Assembly (NCBI GenBank): GCA_964610875.1 | Contig: CAZSWP010000037.1 | Coordinates: 1 to 36,072, forward strand | Reading direction: 5' to 3' | Source: an uncultured archaeon | GTDB lineage: Archaea; Asgardarchaeota; Thorarchaeia; Thorarchaeales; Thorarchaeaceae | Length of the DNA stretch: 36,072 nucleotides | Part shown: piece after piece, positions 9,992 to 20,339 of the stretch | Numbering within the stretch: position 1 is the first letter of the stretch | How the letters are laid out: each line of letters opens with the position of its first letter | Notes under the pieces: generated by a model | Told to the model about the DNA's origin: nothing | The model's database searches: none | Seen by the model: the letters and a program-made list of their open reading frames with translations, nothing else | Made by a program: the position numbers and the translations under genes

Positions 9992-10432
9992 ATGGCGGAC
10001 ATCATTGAATCACGTACTAGTAGAGTAGTCATTGCTAGAATGAAACCGGAAGAAGATGTGCTCATCACAGCAAAAAAAATTGCGGATGATTACAACATTC
10101 GTTCTGGTTCTCTGAAAATGATTGGAGCAGTTTCCAGTATCACTTTGGGATATTTTCATGTTGAAGAAAAGGTCTACAAACAATTCACAGTTGATGAAGA
10201 CCTAGAGGTCATATCCTGCATAGGTAATATCGCTAGGACAGAAGATGGAGAAGTAGTCGTTCATGCGCACATGGTCGTCGCTGATGTAAACGGTAAGTGC
10301 TATGGAGGACATTTACTTGAAGGCTGTATAGTATCTGTGACAATCGAACTCATCATTCAGGAGATAGTAGACACCCTAACGAGAAAGAAGGATCCAGAGT
10401 TTGGTCTGCAACTCCTTGCACTCAAGGATTAG
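9992..10432 (+). CDS. PPC/DUF296 domain protein
   Basis: IGAV, EVISCIGNI, HAH and YGGHL motifs. Start moved to ATG 9992. Confidence 0.9.
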   Translation: MADIIESRTSRVVIARMKPEEDVLITAKKIADDYNIRSGSLKMIGAVSSITLGYFHVEEKVYKQFTVDEDLEVISCIGNIARTEDGEVVVHAHMVVADVNGKCYGGHLLEGCIVSVTIELIIQEIVDTLTRKKDPEFGLQLLALKD

Positions 10433-10853
10433 CATCACGGATTTGATCTGCTATCTTTTCAAGTACTTCTCGCTTAGCCATCTCAGAGCGGTAGTCAGGG
10501 GGGAATCTGAAACCAAAGTTGGCACCCCGTTTCCTAGGAATCACATGCATATGAAGATGAGGAACCTCCTGCCCAGCTTCTCTATTATTTGCTATGCTGT
10601 TTATGATGCCTACAGGTTTATAGACCTCATGCACTTTCTTGGTGAGTTCTGCAAGCTTTATCCCCAAATGAGCCATAGTATCTGGATCTACGTCTAGGAG
10701 ATTCGTAAAATGTTGCTTTGGGACCAATAGACAGTGTCCTTCACTGACTGGAAAGACGTCCATGAAAGCTACACAGATGTCATCTTCGAAAATAATGGAT
10801 GCAGGCAGCTCTCCTTTCACAATCTTACAAAATATACAGTCTTCATCGGTCAT
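10422..10853 (-). CDS. HIT family nucleotide hydrolase
   Basis: CIFC, GHCLLVPKQH and AGQEVPHLHMHVIPR motifs. Start moved to ATG 10853. Confidence 0.95.
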   Translation of the reverse strand: MTDEDCIFCKIVKGELPASIIFEDDICVAFMDVFPVSEGHCLLVPKQHFTNLLDVDPDTMAHLGIKLAELTKKVHEVYKPVGIINSIANNREAGQEVPHLHMHVIPRKRGANFGFRFPPDYRSEMAKREVLEKIADQIRDANP

Positions 10854-10970
10854 GGCTAGAGTGTAGAATACAATGGAGATAAAAGATTCGGGGTAATCCA
10901 AACATAGGCAGAAGTCTCATTAGTCTTTTACTGCATGAGAACATATATTGACAGCTGAGAGGTAAATGAA

Positions 10971-12164
10971 TTGAGTCGACGGCGACCCCTTATCTACTTT
11001 GATCAAACACAGAATGAACGAGGACGGCTTGATAGTACGTACTCAGAGTTAGGTCGGTTGCTGAAGGACAACGATTTTGACGTGCAACCATATTCGGAAT
11101 TCATGATTCTCCCAAAGGTCTTGGAGCATGCACAAGTCATTGTCTTCGGTTGCCCAAACAGCTCGAAGTTGCGAAAAGCAGAAATTGACACTCTTCACAA
11201 CTATGTGAAGAATGGGGGAGGGCTTATGCTTCTTTCACTCTCTGGTGGAGACAAAGGGCTCATGAATAACATGAGCCAAGTTTCCGAAGAGTTCGGAGTT
11301 ACTTTTGAGAACACTGCTGTCAAGGACGATAGAGAAAATGCCGGACTCCCAACAATGCCACTGATTAAAGAATTGACGGATCACCCAACAACACAAGGAA
11401 TCCAGAACTTGTTGCTACCATCTGCATGCACGTTAAAGGTGACTGGTGATGCCGAAGCTGTAGCGACTACTTCTGATACAGCAGACCCACCATCACAACC
11501 AGTCATAGCAATCTGTGAATATGGTAAGGGTAGAGTCGTCTGCATTAGTAGCTACGAAGTCTTTAGAAGAGGCGGAGGGCTAAAACACAAAGGGAATCAA
11601 ACTTTTGCGGTCAATACTTTTTCATGGCTGTCAAGAATGGTGACGACGGAACCAGAAACAAGTACAGATGAAGAGCAACCTACGAGAAAGAAGAAGAGAA
11701 AAACTGCAACATCAAAGGTGACTGCTACATCTGAAGAGATGGAAAATACAATGAAACGATTAGTTGATGCTGTTTTTGACCTTCAGAAAGATATCACAGA
11801 ACTGACTAAGAAGACAGATGGCATTGATAAAAATATTGAGGAGTTGCGAAACCAATTTCAATCATTTGCTGAAAAGACACAATCACAGCTTGGCGTCATG
11901 ATCCCAGCAAAACAGTTCAAGACTGAAGAAGAGAACAAAGTAGCTATCATAGAAGACGAAATAAAGTCCATAGAATCAGAGCTAAAATCGGTCGAGAACC
12001 TGCAAGATCACATAGAACAACGATATTCCTCAGGAGCTATGCCCAGAGAAGCTTACGAAGAACAATCAGAGAAACTGGATGAACGTGCAAAAGCTATCAC
12101 AAAGAAAATCGAGAAGAAGAAAAAAGAACTCGAGAAATTAAATGAATCCGAGAGAAAGAAGTAA
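10971..12164 (+). CDS. GIFT/IFT52-like (DUF4350, GATase-like fold) domain plus C-terminal coiled coil
   Basis: N-terminal ~220 aa with EIDTLHNYVKNGGGLML and YGKGRVV. Basic linker, then heptad-rich C-terminus. No signal peptide. GAGGT RBS, TTG start. Confidence 0.7.
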   Translation: MSRRRPLIYFDQTQNERGRLDSTYSELGRLLKDNDFDVQPYSEFMILPKVLEHAQVIVFGCPNSSKLRKAEIDTLHNYVKNGGGLMLLSLSGGDKGLMNNMSQVSEEFGVTFENTAVKDDRENAGLPTMPLIKELTDHPTTQGIQNLLLPSACTLKVTGDAEAVATTSDTADPPSQPVIAICEYGKGRVVCISSYEVFRRGGGLKHKGNQTFAVNTFSWLSRMVTTEPETSTDEEQPTRKKKRKTATSKVTATSEEMENTMKRLVDAVFDLQKDITELTKKTDGIDKNIEELRNQFQSFAEKTQSQLGVMIPAKQFKTEEENKVAIIEDEIKSIESELKSVENLQDHIEQRYSSGAMPREAYEEQSEKLDERAKAITKKIEKKKKELEKLNESERKK

Positions 12165-12190
12165 ACAGGCTTCAAGTATCACTACAAACA

Positions 12191-13813
12191 CTATCCACTA
12201 TTTACTCCAATTACAACAGGCTTCTTCTTTTCACCGATGAAGTATTCAAATCTTAGTTTGAGAAATCTTGCTTTTGAGAGATATGGCGACAATCGTAATC
12301 CTAGGTGGCATTTTATCATACCAAAAGGCGCTGTAATGAATCTCCAGAACATTCCCACTTTATCAGGTGCAAAATAACCGACAGCAATAATGATTACCGA
12401 AAAGAGGTACAGATTTCGATTCGGTATAAGAATGGAGAGACTGAGAAACAATGGTACTATGAACATCGATAATGAAACAGATACATGTTCCTTATCAGAT
12501 TCTATCATCTTCTGGGAAGATAGGATGCAGAAGAATGGAGCAAATATGACAAAGTAGTATTTGAACACACCTCGGGGACCCATAAGATGTACCCATAGCA
12601 TAATCAGGAGGGTGAAATAGAGTAGTCTTCTCATATAATGAGTTTCATTTCCTATCACTCTTCGCTCGAGGAACATAAATCCCATTATCAACATAACTCC
12701 GAATGATAACAAGAATCCATAGTAAACGATGAGATTCAATATCTCAGCCAGCCAAGGAATCCCTGCCATTACTGGTAGAACAGAGATTCTCATGGGAACC
12801 CCGTAGGAGGGCGGTTCTGAAGTATCATCAAGCCAAAAGCCACCTCCCGCTAAGCTCATAAAACGTAGGGTATTTGGATTTGCCAATAAAAATGGAAACA
12901 TGATAGCTAAGACAAAGATTACTACCATTGCTGCGCTACGTGCAAACCCTTTGAGATCAAATACATCATTTAGGAAGTGCCAAGTCCTCCTCAGTTCACG
13001 AACAATTCTATGCTGTAGACTCTCTGTTTTTGAGCCACCAGTGGATTCAGTGGTTGGTTCTCGTAGTCTTTTATACCAATCTTGAGGTTGTGGTTTTACG
13101 AGGAGATATACAACTAGGGGTATCCCTAGAAACCAAGCCGTCTGTTTGAATAATGCAGCAATAACGATAAAGAGAGTCCCAACATCTTTCCTTCCGCGAA
13201 CTAAGAAATAAAACCCTAGAAAGAAACAGAAGACAAATGGTGCAGGATTGAGCCAAACGAAAACTGTATGATAGAGAACATTAGGTGTGATCAAATAAGT
13301 AAAAGCTGCAATCTCTCCCACTCGGCGATTATTCGAGAGTTCTTTAGCAATGCCGTATATTGGAAAAACAGTAAGATAGCCAAATGTAGTGATCAATAGA
13401 CCAATACCCCAATTATCAACGGGGATTGCAATCCCTGCAGCATATAGGTAAGCATACAAAGGAGGGAAGATATAGGCACCATTTTCATTTACATATCCAT
13501 TCAACTCTATGTACCCAAATTGGTTAGTGTATGGCATCACGCCTCGCAACATGTTTGTGCCCCAATGGACATAGTAGAAACTATAATCGGTATATCCCTC
13601 CATTTGGTATTCGATTGTATATCCAAATAGTTCGTACTCACCTAGTCCCAACCAGACTCCTCTTGTACGCCATAGATTTGTGTTTAGGTAGTCTTGAACA
13701 GCCAGGTTGAATACTGTGTACCACAACCAGAAACCAAAGATAAGAATTAAGATAAGAAGAGAATATCTATAGAAGAAGCGAATTATCCTCTTACCTATCT
13801 TTACAGCTCGCAT
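12191..13813 (-). CDS. GT-C fold membrane glycosyltransferase (GT87/PIG-M-like)
   Basis: Multi-TM protein. DYSFYY...GVMPY...YIFPPLY first-loop signature and FKQ motif. Confidence 0.7.
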   Translation of the reverse strand: MRAVKIGKRIIRFFYRYSLLILILIFGFWLWYTVFNLAVQDYLNTNLWRTRGVWLGLGEYELFGYTIEYQMEGYTDYSFYYVHWGTNMLRGVMPYTNQFGYIELNGYVNENGAYIFPPLYAYLYAAGIAIPVDNWGIGLLITTFGYLTVFPIYGIAKELSNNRRVGEIAAFTYLITPNVLYHTVFVWLNPAPFVFCFFLGFYFLVRGRKDVGTLFIVIAALFKQTAWFLGIPLVVYLLVKPQPQDWYKRLREPTTESTGGSKTESLQHRIVRELRRTWHFLNDVFDLKGFARSAAMVVIFVLAIMFPFLLANPNTLRFMSLAGGGFWLDDTSEPPSYGVPMRISVLPVMAGIPWLAEILNLIVYYGFLLSFGVMLIMGFMFLERRVIGNETHYMRRLLYFTLLIMLWVHLMGPRGVFKYYFVIFAPFFCILSSQKMIESDKEHVSVSLSMFIVPLFLSLSILIPNRNLYLFSVIIIAVGYFAPDKVGMFWRFITAPFGMIKCHLGLRLSPYLSKARFLKLRFEYFIGEKKKPVVIGVNSG

Positions 13814-13869
13814 GAATCAGAATCCAACATTTCCCACTGATTAATCCTTCTCAAAACGCGTATGAACTA

Positions 13870-15951
13870 TCACTCATCAGCTTCAATAACAAGCTGTGCA
13901 GTGCTTGAAGAGCCTTCCTTAGAAACCTCGATTACTGGTACTCCTGCCCAACCTTGAACGTCAGTATGCGTGATTAGTAAGATTTGCTCGAATGAACGGT
14001 CGTTCACAAGGTTTTGTACAACTGATGTGCGTCTTTTCCTATCCAAACCACCTAGGGGTTCATCTAATAGAACACACCGGATCCGAGGGGCCAAAGCAGG
14101 ACTGTCTTTCAGGGGACGTATCGAACTCATGGTTCTACTTATCCCAAGGCGCAGTGCGAGGCTTATGGCAGTCCTATCACCAAAACTCAACTGAGTGTTC
14201 TTCTTCTCAGCATTATCACGTTGGTCCTTGATTTTCAGGGACAGACCAGCACCACCCCTACCTTTACCTCTCGTAGGAACTAAATCTACACCACTATACT
14301 GGTCATTAGTGAAAGCACGAACGTAGGGGTTTGTTGCACCACGTATGATACCAATTAGTCGCTTCTGAATAACATAATCAGCAAGAAAACCACTTACAAG
14401 TTTTCTACGTACATATTGAGTATGCTCATTGAGAATCCTCAATTCTTCAATCTCAGCACCAATCTTCTCACTTTCTTTAATCTTCTCTTGGTTCGTCTTA
14501 ATGAGACCCCTTTCCTCTGTGATATTCCGTTTTATTGATTCACGATTTCTCTGTAGAGACCCGATCTTTTCATAGAACCTTGCAATCTGTGTTTGAAGTT
14601 CTGAAAGACTCCTCACATCAAATTCCTGTAATAGTGCATCCAAATCTTTGACACCAAGCTGTTCAATCGCAGAATTCATTTCTGTTTCAATATCAGTGAC
14701 TTTCTTTGTAGTACTGATGACCTCTTTTTGCTCTTCCTCGATTCGTTTCAAAGCGTCTGTTGCTCTTCCAAGATCTGTAGCACGATTCATATTTTGTTGA
14801 CCTTTTTCTGAGCTTTGCTTTCGAATTGTTCGCAGTTTTGTTACTCTGTCATTTCCAGTTTTGATTGTGTCCCTGTATTCTTTGATTAGTGACTTCCTTT
14901 CATCCTCAGTAAGAGGTTTTGAGCAGGTTGGACAATTGGCGCCTTCGGATGTTCGTTCCAAGTCTTCTAATGCTCTCTCAAGGTTGTTTTTAGTCGCTTC
15001 AATCCCACCAATCTCTTGGTCCACATTCTCGATAGCAGATTTCAGTTGTTTCTGTTCTTCTTCTAATTTTTCTAGTTCTTTCTTTAGTGATTGTGCTCTA
15101 GCTTTTACCAGCTTTGGGTCGTATGCTAAGATACCTGCTTTTTCGAGTTCTCTCTCAATATTCTTTTCCACTCTCTCAAGCTCGCCCTTTGCTCGATCGA
15201 GCTCTTTGGTTTTTTCTTCTATCAAATCTAACAACGAAGGATCTGGAGATTTCTTGACGATTTTCTCTAATTTTTCTAGTTCTTGCTCAGTTGTTTCTAA
15301 CTCCTCATTATACCGTGCAATCTTCTTCTCAGAAACAACAATATTCTCCTCAAGCGCTTTCGGGGGAATATGCTTGTCTGTGAGTATCTGAATCTTGGTT
15401 CCTATATCGGACTCCAAGCTGTTTAGATGGCTACTCATGTTATCAAGTAGTTCTATGTTGTAAACATCTTCCAACAACTTTCTGAGGTCGGTAGGTGTAG
15501 CATACGCTATTGTTGCTACCTCACCCTGTCGTACGAGCAAGGTGTTGAGAGCTTGCTTGTATCCTAAATTGAGAATCTCTTCGAGTTTTGACTCCACTGA
15601 TCGACTCTTATCAGCTATCTTTCTCCACTTCGACCCCTTCTTTTCCCAAAAGACAACTTCCATTCCATTGGCGGGATCATATGTACGATCCATCTTGAAG
15701 ATAGTACCAGCTACTTCAAATTCCATGACCACTTGGCAATGAGTCGCGGTGAAACTAATCAGCTCCTCATTTTTCAGTTCCACAACACCAGGCCCCCAGA
15801 GACCCCAAAGGATAGCTTCGAAAAGAGAAGACTTTCCAGTAGAGTTGGGACCTTTTACCAGAATTAGACCTGGAGGGAGTTCTCCATCCTCCGGTATCCG
15901 GAGGTCTCTGAAGGGTTTGAAGTTCTTCATTTCAATGCTAAGAATCTTCAA
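13870..15951 (-). CDS. rad50: Rad50 ATPase
   Basis: Walker A GPNSTGKS, Q-loop RQGE, coiled coil with central CPTC hook, LSFGD signature, LLDEP, ITH. Confidence 0.93.
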   Translation of the reverse strand: MKILSIEMKNFKPFRDLRIPEDGELPPGLILVKGPNSTGKSSLFEAILWGLWGPGVVELKNEELISFTATHCQVVMEFEVAGTIFKMDRTYDPANGMEVVFWEKKGSKWRKIADKSRSVESKLEEILNLGYKQALNTLLVRQGEVATIAYATPTDLRKLLEDVYNIELLDNMSSHLNSLESDIGTKIQILTDKHIPPKALEENIVVSEKKIARYNEELETTEQELEKLEKIVKKSPDPSLLDLIEEKTKELDRAKGELERVEKNIERELEKAGILAYDPKLVKARAQSLKKELEKLEEEQKQLKSAIENVDQEIGGIEATKNNLERALEDLERTSEGANCPTCSKPLTEDERKSLIKEYRDTIKTGNDRVTKLRTIRKQSSEKGQQNMNRATDLGRATDALKRIEEEQKEVISTTKKVTDIETEMNSAIEQLGVKDLDALLQEFDVRSLSELQTQIARFYEKIGSLQRNRESIKRNITEERGLIKTNQEKIKESEKIGAEIEELRILNEHTQYVRRKLVSGFLADYVIQKRLIGIIRGATNPYVRAFTNDQYSGVDLVPTRGKGRGGAGLSLKIKDQRDNAEKKNTQLSFGDRTAISLALRLGISRTMSSIRPLKDSPALAPRIRCVLLDEPLGGLDRKRRTSVVQNLVNDRSFEQILLITHTDVQGWAGVPVIEVSKEGSSSTAQLVIEADE

Positions 15952-17255
15952 ATCTTGTCCTCCAGAATTTTGTCAAGGGTCAGTTTCTGGTCTTTATCAG
16001 TCACTGCAGCTTTCAAAGCACCAACAGCAATCTGTGTCAATTTCGACGGATCATACCTTTCATCAAGGGTCAGCGTGTCCAGATATGCAAGAAAATCTTC
16101 TTCAGGGTCTTCAATCAAATACTCTGATACTATTTCAGGATAAGCGGCTTCGTCAAACTCTTTGCTTTGGTGCTTTATTGACCATACCAGCTGGGCTAGA
16201 TTGTATCCAGAGTCTTGAGAGAGCGCTTTCATTCTAAAGGCTTCTAGACCCATAGCAATGTCAAGACTGCTCATTCTTGGTGATGTGCCTTGAAAGACAA
16301 ATCGCACTCGAGCTGCTGTATCGATATCCCAATCAGTCTTGATTCCGGCTGAGTCCATCCAATCATCGATTTTTGTTATCAGAGCATCAACGTTATCGTC
16401 TTTCTCAATCTTGACCTTCTCGTTGAAGACTGGCCTTCGAGGAGGCAAGTCCATCTCTGTAACCTTCGGTTGCTTACCAGCATCAATATCAATTACTAAA
16501 AATCCCTTGTCATGTTTACTCTCATCGAATCTCCATATCTCAGGAGACCCTGCATACCAGGCATTCTTTGCATGAGCGTGTCTATGATGGTCATGTCCTA
16601 ATGCAATGTAATCGTAGCCCATACCAAATATTGGAGAATATAGACTCCCATCAATATCCATCCCATGAGATACAGCAATAGATGGTTTTCCACTTTTGGG
16701 TTTTTGATAGGTGGAAATCCAATCAATGAAATCAGTCATTAAATCTGCAGACTTTAACACACTTGGGTCCATAAACGGAAAACAGTACACATCTAACTTC
16801 TCAAAAGAACGTACAAGAGGTTCCTCGTTTGCTAGTGCTTGTGCTAGATCTTGCTGTGTTGCAATTTCAAGCCCAGGAATAGCCAATTTGAGTGTGTCCA
16901 AAAGGGACACTTTCAAAGAGCGGTAAATACCATGATTACCTTCAAGTATTAAGACAGGAATTCCTGTTGTTGAGATAAAGTCTTGAATTACAGCTATCGC
17001 TGTTTCTTGTGCTACTACAGGAGGCTGTAATGGGTTGCCTTCCCAAGGAGAATTATAGAGGTCTCCAGAGTGTACCACTATATCAACAGGAGGGTCAAGT
17101 TCTTGTATTCTCTTAAAAATCTCTTGAAACTGATCATAGAAATCGTGCTCAAGAAGCCTAGCTCTCATCTCCACTCCCCATACATTCTGGCGTACACCCT
17201 GACCAGGTCTGGTACCCAGATGTGTGTCTGAAATGTGAGCTATTCTTGCGGACAT
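15948..17255 (-). CDS. mre11: Mre11 nuclease
   Basis: Phosphoesterase motifs SDTHLG, GDLY, GNH, SHG and LGHDH. Overlaps the rad50 start by 4 nt. Confidence 0.92.
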   Translation of the reverse strand: MSARIAHISDTHLGTRPGQGVRQNVWGVEMRARLLEHDFYDQFQEIFKRIQELDPPVDIVVHSGDLYNSPWEGNPLQPPVVAQETAIAVIQDFISTTGIPVLILEGNHGIYRSLKVSLLDTLKLAIPGLEIATQQDLAQALANEEPLVRSFEKLDVYCFPFMDPSVLKSADLMTDFIDWISTYQKPKSGKPSIAVSHGMDIDGSLYSPIFGMGYDYIALGHDHHRHAHAKNAWYAGSPEIWRFDESKHDKGFLVIDIDAGKQPKVTEMDLPPRRPVFNEKVKIEKDDNVDALITKIDDWMDSAGIKTDWDIDTAARVRFVFQGTSPRMSSLDIAMGLEAFRMKALSQDSGYNLAQLVWSIKHQSKEFDEAAYPEIVSEYLIEDPEEDFLAYLDTLTLDERYDPSKLTQIAVGALKAAVTDKDQKLTLDKILEDKI

Positions 17256-17264
17256 CTATTGACC

Positions 17265-19043
17265 TCAGATTTCATGTTTCTCTTTTTTACTGGATTTTCC
17301 TTTCTTCTCGTATTTGTCCATATCACGTTCAAATACCGTATCAAATAAGGGAATTCGTACAGGAAGTGGAAGTTCGCGATACGAGGCTGTGAGAATCGCC
17401 TCACCCCTAGACATGACACGAAATTCATTCTCGAATCCTGCTATGTTAACACTTGCGTTCTCAATACAAGCGCGTATCTCACGTTCATTCCCTAAGCGCA
17501 GATTTACCTCTGTGTTCATTTGGGAAAGAATCACATTATCTAAGACACTTACTTGCTGACTTACTACAAGAAGTCCAATATTGAACTTACGCCCTTGACG
17601 AGAGATATCTTTGAACACCGATTGTCCTTTCATTAATTCTGGATTGAGAATTGATGGTGCTTCTTCAACAGTGATGAGAATAACAGGAAGATCTCTTGGG
17701 TCTCTCACTACTGTGTCATCTGCAGAACCATCCTTTCCATAGTAGGACCTAGCCTTCAATCGCACTCGATTGAAAAATGGGTCTGGAAGACGCATTCGTG
17801 CTTGTCTGTCAAAGTCAGCTAGAGTTCCACTGCTCTTTAATGCTCGACGAAGATCAGACAGAGTCCTTGTGACGATGGTTGTGAGAAGGAATTGTTCTTG
17901 ATCACTCATCAGGCTGGTGTTCACAACTAATACTCGTCCGGTTTCCATGCATTCAAAGATCAAGTCCAATACCGAAGTACCACTCTCTTCGAAGATAGGA
18001 GAACGCTCTAGAAATCGAAGACGCCTTTGAACGCCCCTAAGAGTACCTTTTGGAGTACCATCAGGGTCTTCATCCATCGAGAGAATCGTTGATATCCAAT
18101 CGTGATGTACTTGAGTGTAGATAGAATCGATAAACGAAGACATTTGCGGGGTGAATTCCATGATAGAGTAAAGATCTCTTGGTTGTATCTCTTCCCAGAG
18201 TATTCGGATATCTCGTGCGTATCTTCGTACCTCACGTTGTACAGCTTGTCTATGAGTTGTTAGATAATAATAATCACCAATCACATTCTTTCTTGTTCGC
18301 TCATCCATACTCTCAATTATGTCCTGGATGCCATATGTGTCAACACCAAGTGCAAATTCATCATGAGGATCAATACAGAATGCAGACACTTTCAGAGTGT
18401 CATCCTTTGGTTGTCTATCAAGTTCCAGATTAGTATCGATAAATGATTTGATGAGAACCATCATCAAGTTGCTTTTTCCAGAGCCGGTCGATCCAAAAAT
18501 GCCAACATGCATGGGCAGGTATTTTGATGGAATTTCAACAGGGACATCAAGTGTATCCTCACCAATCTGCAGGTCACCAACATAGACCTCTCCACCAGTC
18601 TGTTCTACTAGCATATCCTGAACGATTTCATCCGAGGTTCCAGGGAGTGGACGAAAGACATCAGCGAGATGATCTGGAAGACGTCTTGGAGAACGAAATA
18701 CCCATTTTCCATCTTCATTCTCAGCATATCCAAGCATTTTACCTCTGACTGCTAAGAGCATGTTACGTTCTATGCCGGAAAGATAGGAATCACCCTCGAC
18801 CATTAGTGTACTTGCAACACGTGCAATATCATCAACCTGACGGAGATAATTTTGGAGCCCCAGAACACGGAAGAAGAAGACACGCTCATGACCGTCTCTG
18901 CAGGAATAGATCAGAAATATCTCTCCCACGCTGACATCACGATTGTCCCCCATAATTCCCAATAAGTTCTGGTCACCTACTCCGACCTTCCCATATGCTT
19001 CTCCAAGGTTTTCTTTCTGTATTGTCATGATTATGTTCTCCAA
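17265..19043 (-). CDS. herA: HerA helicase/translocase
   Basis: N-terminal HAS-barrel-like region, GSTGSGKS, DPHDE, EEAP Walker B, RQGRKF Arg finger, SQQ. Confidence 0.93.
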   Translation of the reverse strand: MENIIMTIQKENLGEAYGKVGVGDQNLLGIMGDNRDVSVGEIFLIYSCRDGHERVFFFRVLGLQNYLRQVDDIARVASTLMVEGDSYLSGIERNMLLAVRGKMLGYAENEDGKWVFRSPRRLPDHLADVFRPLPGTSDEIVQDMLVEQTGGEVYVGDLQIGEDTLDVPVEIPSKYLPMHVGIFGSTGSGKSNLMMVLIKSFIDTNLELDRQPKDDTLKVSAFCIDPHDEFALGVDTYGIQDIIESMDERTRKNVIGDYYYLTTHRQAVQREVRRYARDIRILWEEIQPRDLYSIMEFTPQMSSFIDSIYTQVHHDWISTILSMDEDPDGTPKGTLRGVQRRLRFLERSPIFEESGTSVLDLIFECMETGRVLVVNTSLMSDQEQFLLTTIVTRTLSDLRRALKSSGTLADFDRQARMRLPDPFFNRVRLKARSYYGKDGSADDTVVRDPRDLPVILITVEEAPSILNPELMKGQSVFKDISRQGRKFNIGLLVVSQQVSVLDNVILSQMNTEVNLRLGNEREIRACIENASVNIAGFENEFRVMSRGEAILTASYRELPLPVRIPLFDTVFERDMDKYEKKGKSSKKEKHEI

Positions 19044-20339
19044 TTATAGATTGTAATCAGTTCGTTTATCTTCAGCACGCCTTCCTTCCATCTTTAGTTC
19101 ACGCAGTAAATCATCACATATTTCCTTTGCTAATCTGAGGTCTTCAAAACTAATCTTGCAACTCTCGTGTGCTAATGCTAAAGCTACGGGATACCCGTAC
19201 CAACGGGCATCACGTGACATGAATTCCAAATCCCTAAAGATGGCTTTCTCATTATTCCGAGTGGCTTCTGAATCATCTCTTACAAATACATTCTCAAGCC
19301 ACCAGACACGATCAAAATCGATTCTGGACGGCCGGTTGTCCTGTGAAAAACAGTAGAGATAAGGTACTGCTAATTTGGGAGGAATATAGGTCCTGTCCTG
19401 AGTGATATGCAAGCCACCATTTGGATCATCTTTACAAGGCAACTGACAGAACCATTTTACTCCAGTACCAAGTTCATCGTAAGCCATGCGTGCAATACGA
19501 TGAGCAAAAGGTATTGTATGGTTCTTACTGACAGCACATAATACAACACCATTCTTTCTTGCGATTGCGCTGAGTTCTCTTAACATGAAACCACTAGGCA
19601 TCGACGGATAGTCACGGACAAAGTGCATGAAGACCGACATTGAACCATCAAGAAGGAGATATTTTGGATTAATACCACTGGCAAGTAATTTGCGTGCAGC
19701 CGTATATTCAGCCACTGTACGTAGTTCGTCATGTACAACAGGATTGGTCAAAATCTGTGCTCGTGATATCAAGGACTCAATGGTTGCCAACTGATTGACA
19801 TATCTCGTATATTGTGCGGATTTACCAATATCCTGTAGGGTCTGTATCCTTCTATTAGTAAAGTCCTGGAAAAACGGTAGTATTAGTTCACCAATGTCTT
19901 TTACGGGATATATCTGAGCAAGTTTTGCAGCCATTTTACCTTTTGCGTCATGACGTACACCAGAATGCCAATGAGAATCTAGAAAGGGTTGGGTCCCAAT
20001 AGCTTCTTCTAATTTGTTTCTAGGAACTGAATCAAACAGATTGCCATTTCGTGTGTTACTATCAAGCACGATGGTGGATGTGCTGAGAAGATGAACTCTT
20101 ACATCATCCAGTGTCATCAGATTACTTGTCCCAGAGCCATCTACTGCCGCTACAAGAAAATCATCATCGAGTACCACGTTGGAGGGGTATGTTTCAACGG
20201 TATCAAGAAGTTCTTCACGGATACGTACCTCATCCTTTGAGAACTCCTCCTCATCTCTACGATCTTGTTGATTCTGAATGTCCTTGATAGTATATTCTAA
20301 CAAGCGTCTGAATTCTTTTGTAAGGATTTTCTCGAGCAT
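19044..20339 (-). CDS. nurA: NurA nuclease
   Basis: AAVDGS, LLLDGS, VSK and GYPVALALAHE motifs. Abuts herA. Confidence 0.92.
   Translation of the reverse strand: MLEKILTKEFRRLLEYTIKDIQNQQDRRDEEEFSKDEVRIREELLDTVETYPSNVVLDDDFLVAAVDGSGTSNLMTLDDVRVHLLSTSTIVLDSNTRNGNLFDSVPRNKLEEAIGTQPFLDSHWHSGVRHDAKGKMAAKLAQIYPVKDIGELILPFFQDFTNRRIQTLQDIGKSAQYTRYVNQLATIESLISRAQILTNPVVHDELRTVAEYTAARKLLASGINPKYLLLDGSMSVFMHFVRDYPSMPSGFMLRELSAIARKNGVVLCAVSKNHTIPFAHRIARMAYDELGTGVKWFCQLPCKDDPNGGLHITQDRTYIPPKLAVPYLYCFSQDNRPSRIDFDRVWWLENVFVRDDSEATRNNEKAIFRDLEFMSRDARWYGYPVALALAHESCKISFEDLRLAKEICDDLLRELKMEGRRAEDKRTDYNL

Noticed and set aside
14861-16237. Ser/Phe-rich plus-strand ORFs of 160-180 aa
   Set aside because: Antisense shadows of Glu/Lys-rich rad50 and mre11 codons. 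The same applies to most short ORFs nested in long genes.
17265-20339. HerA pair as a Sir2-HerA/Nezha-type defence system
   Set aside because: The partner is clearly NurA, with Mre11 and Rad50 adjacent. No Sir2 or DUF4297 gene is present.
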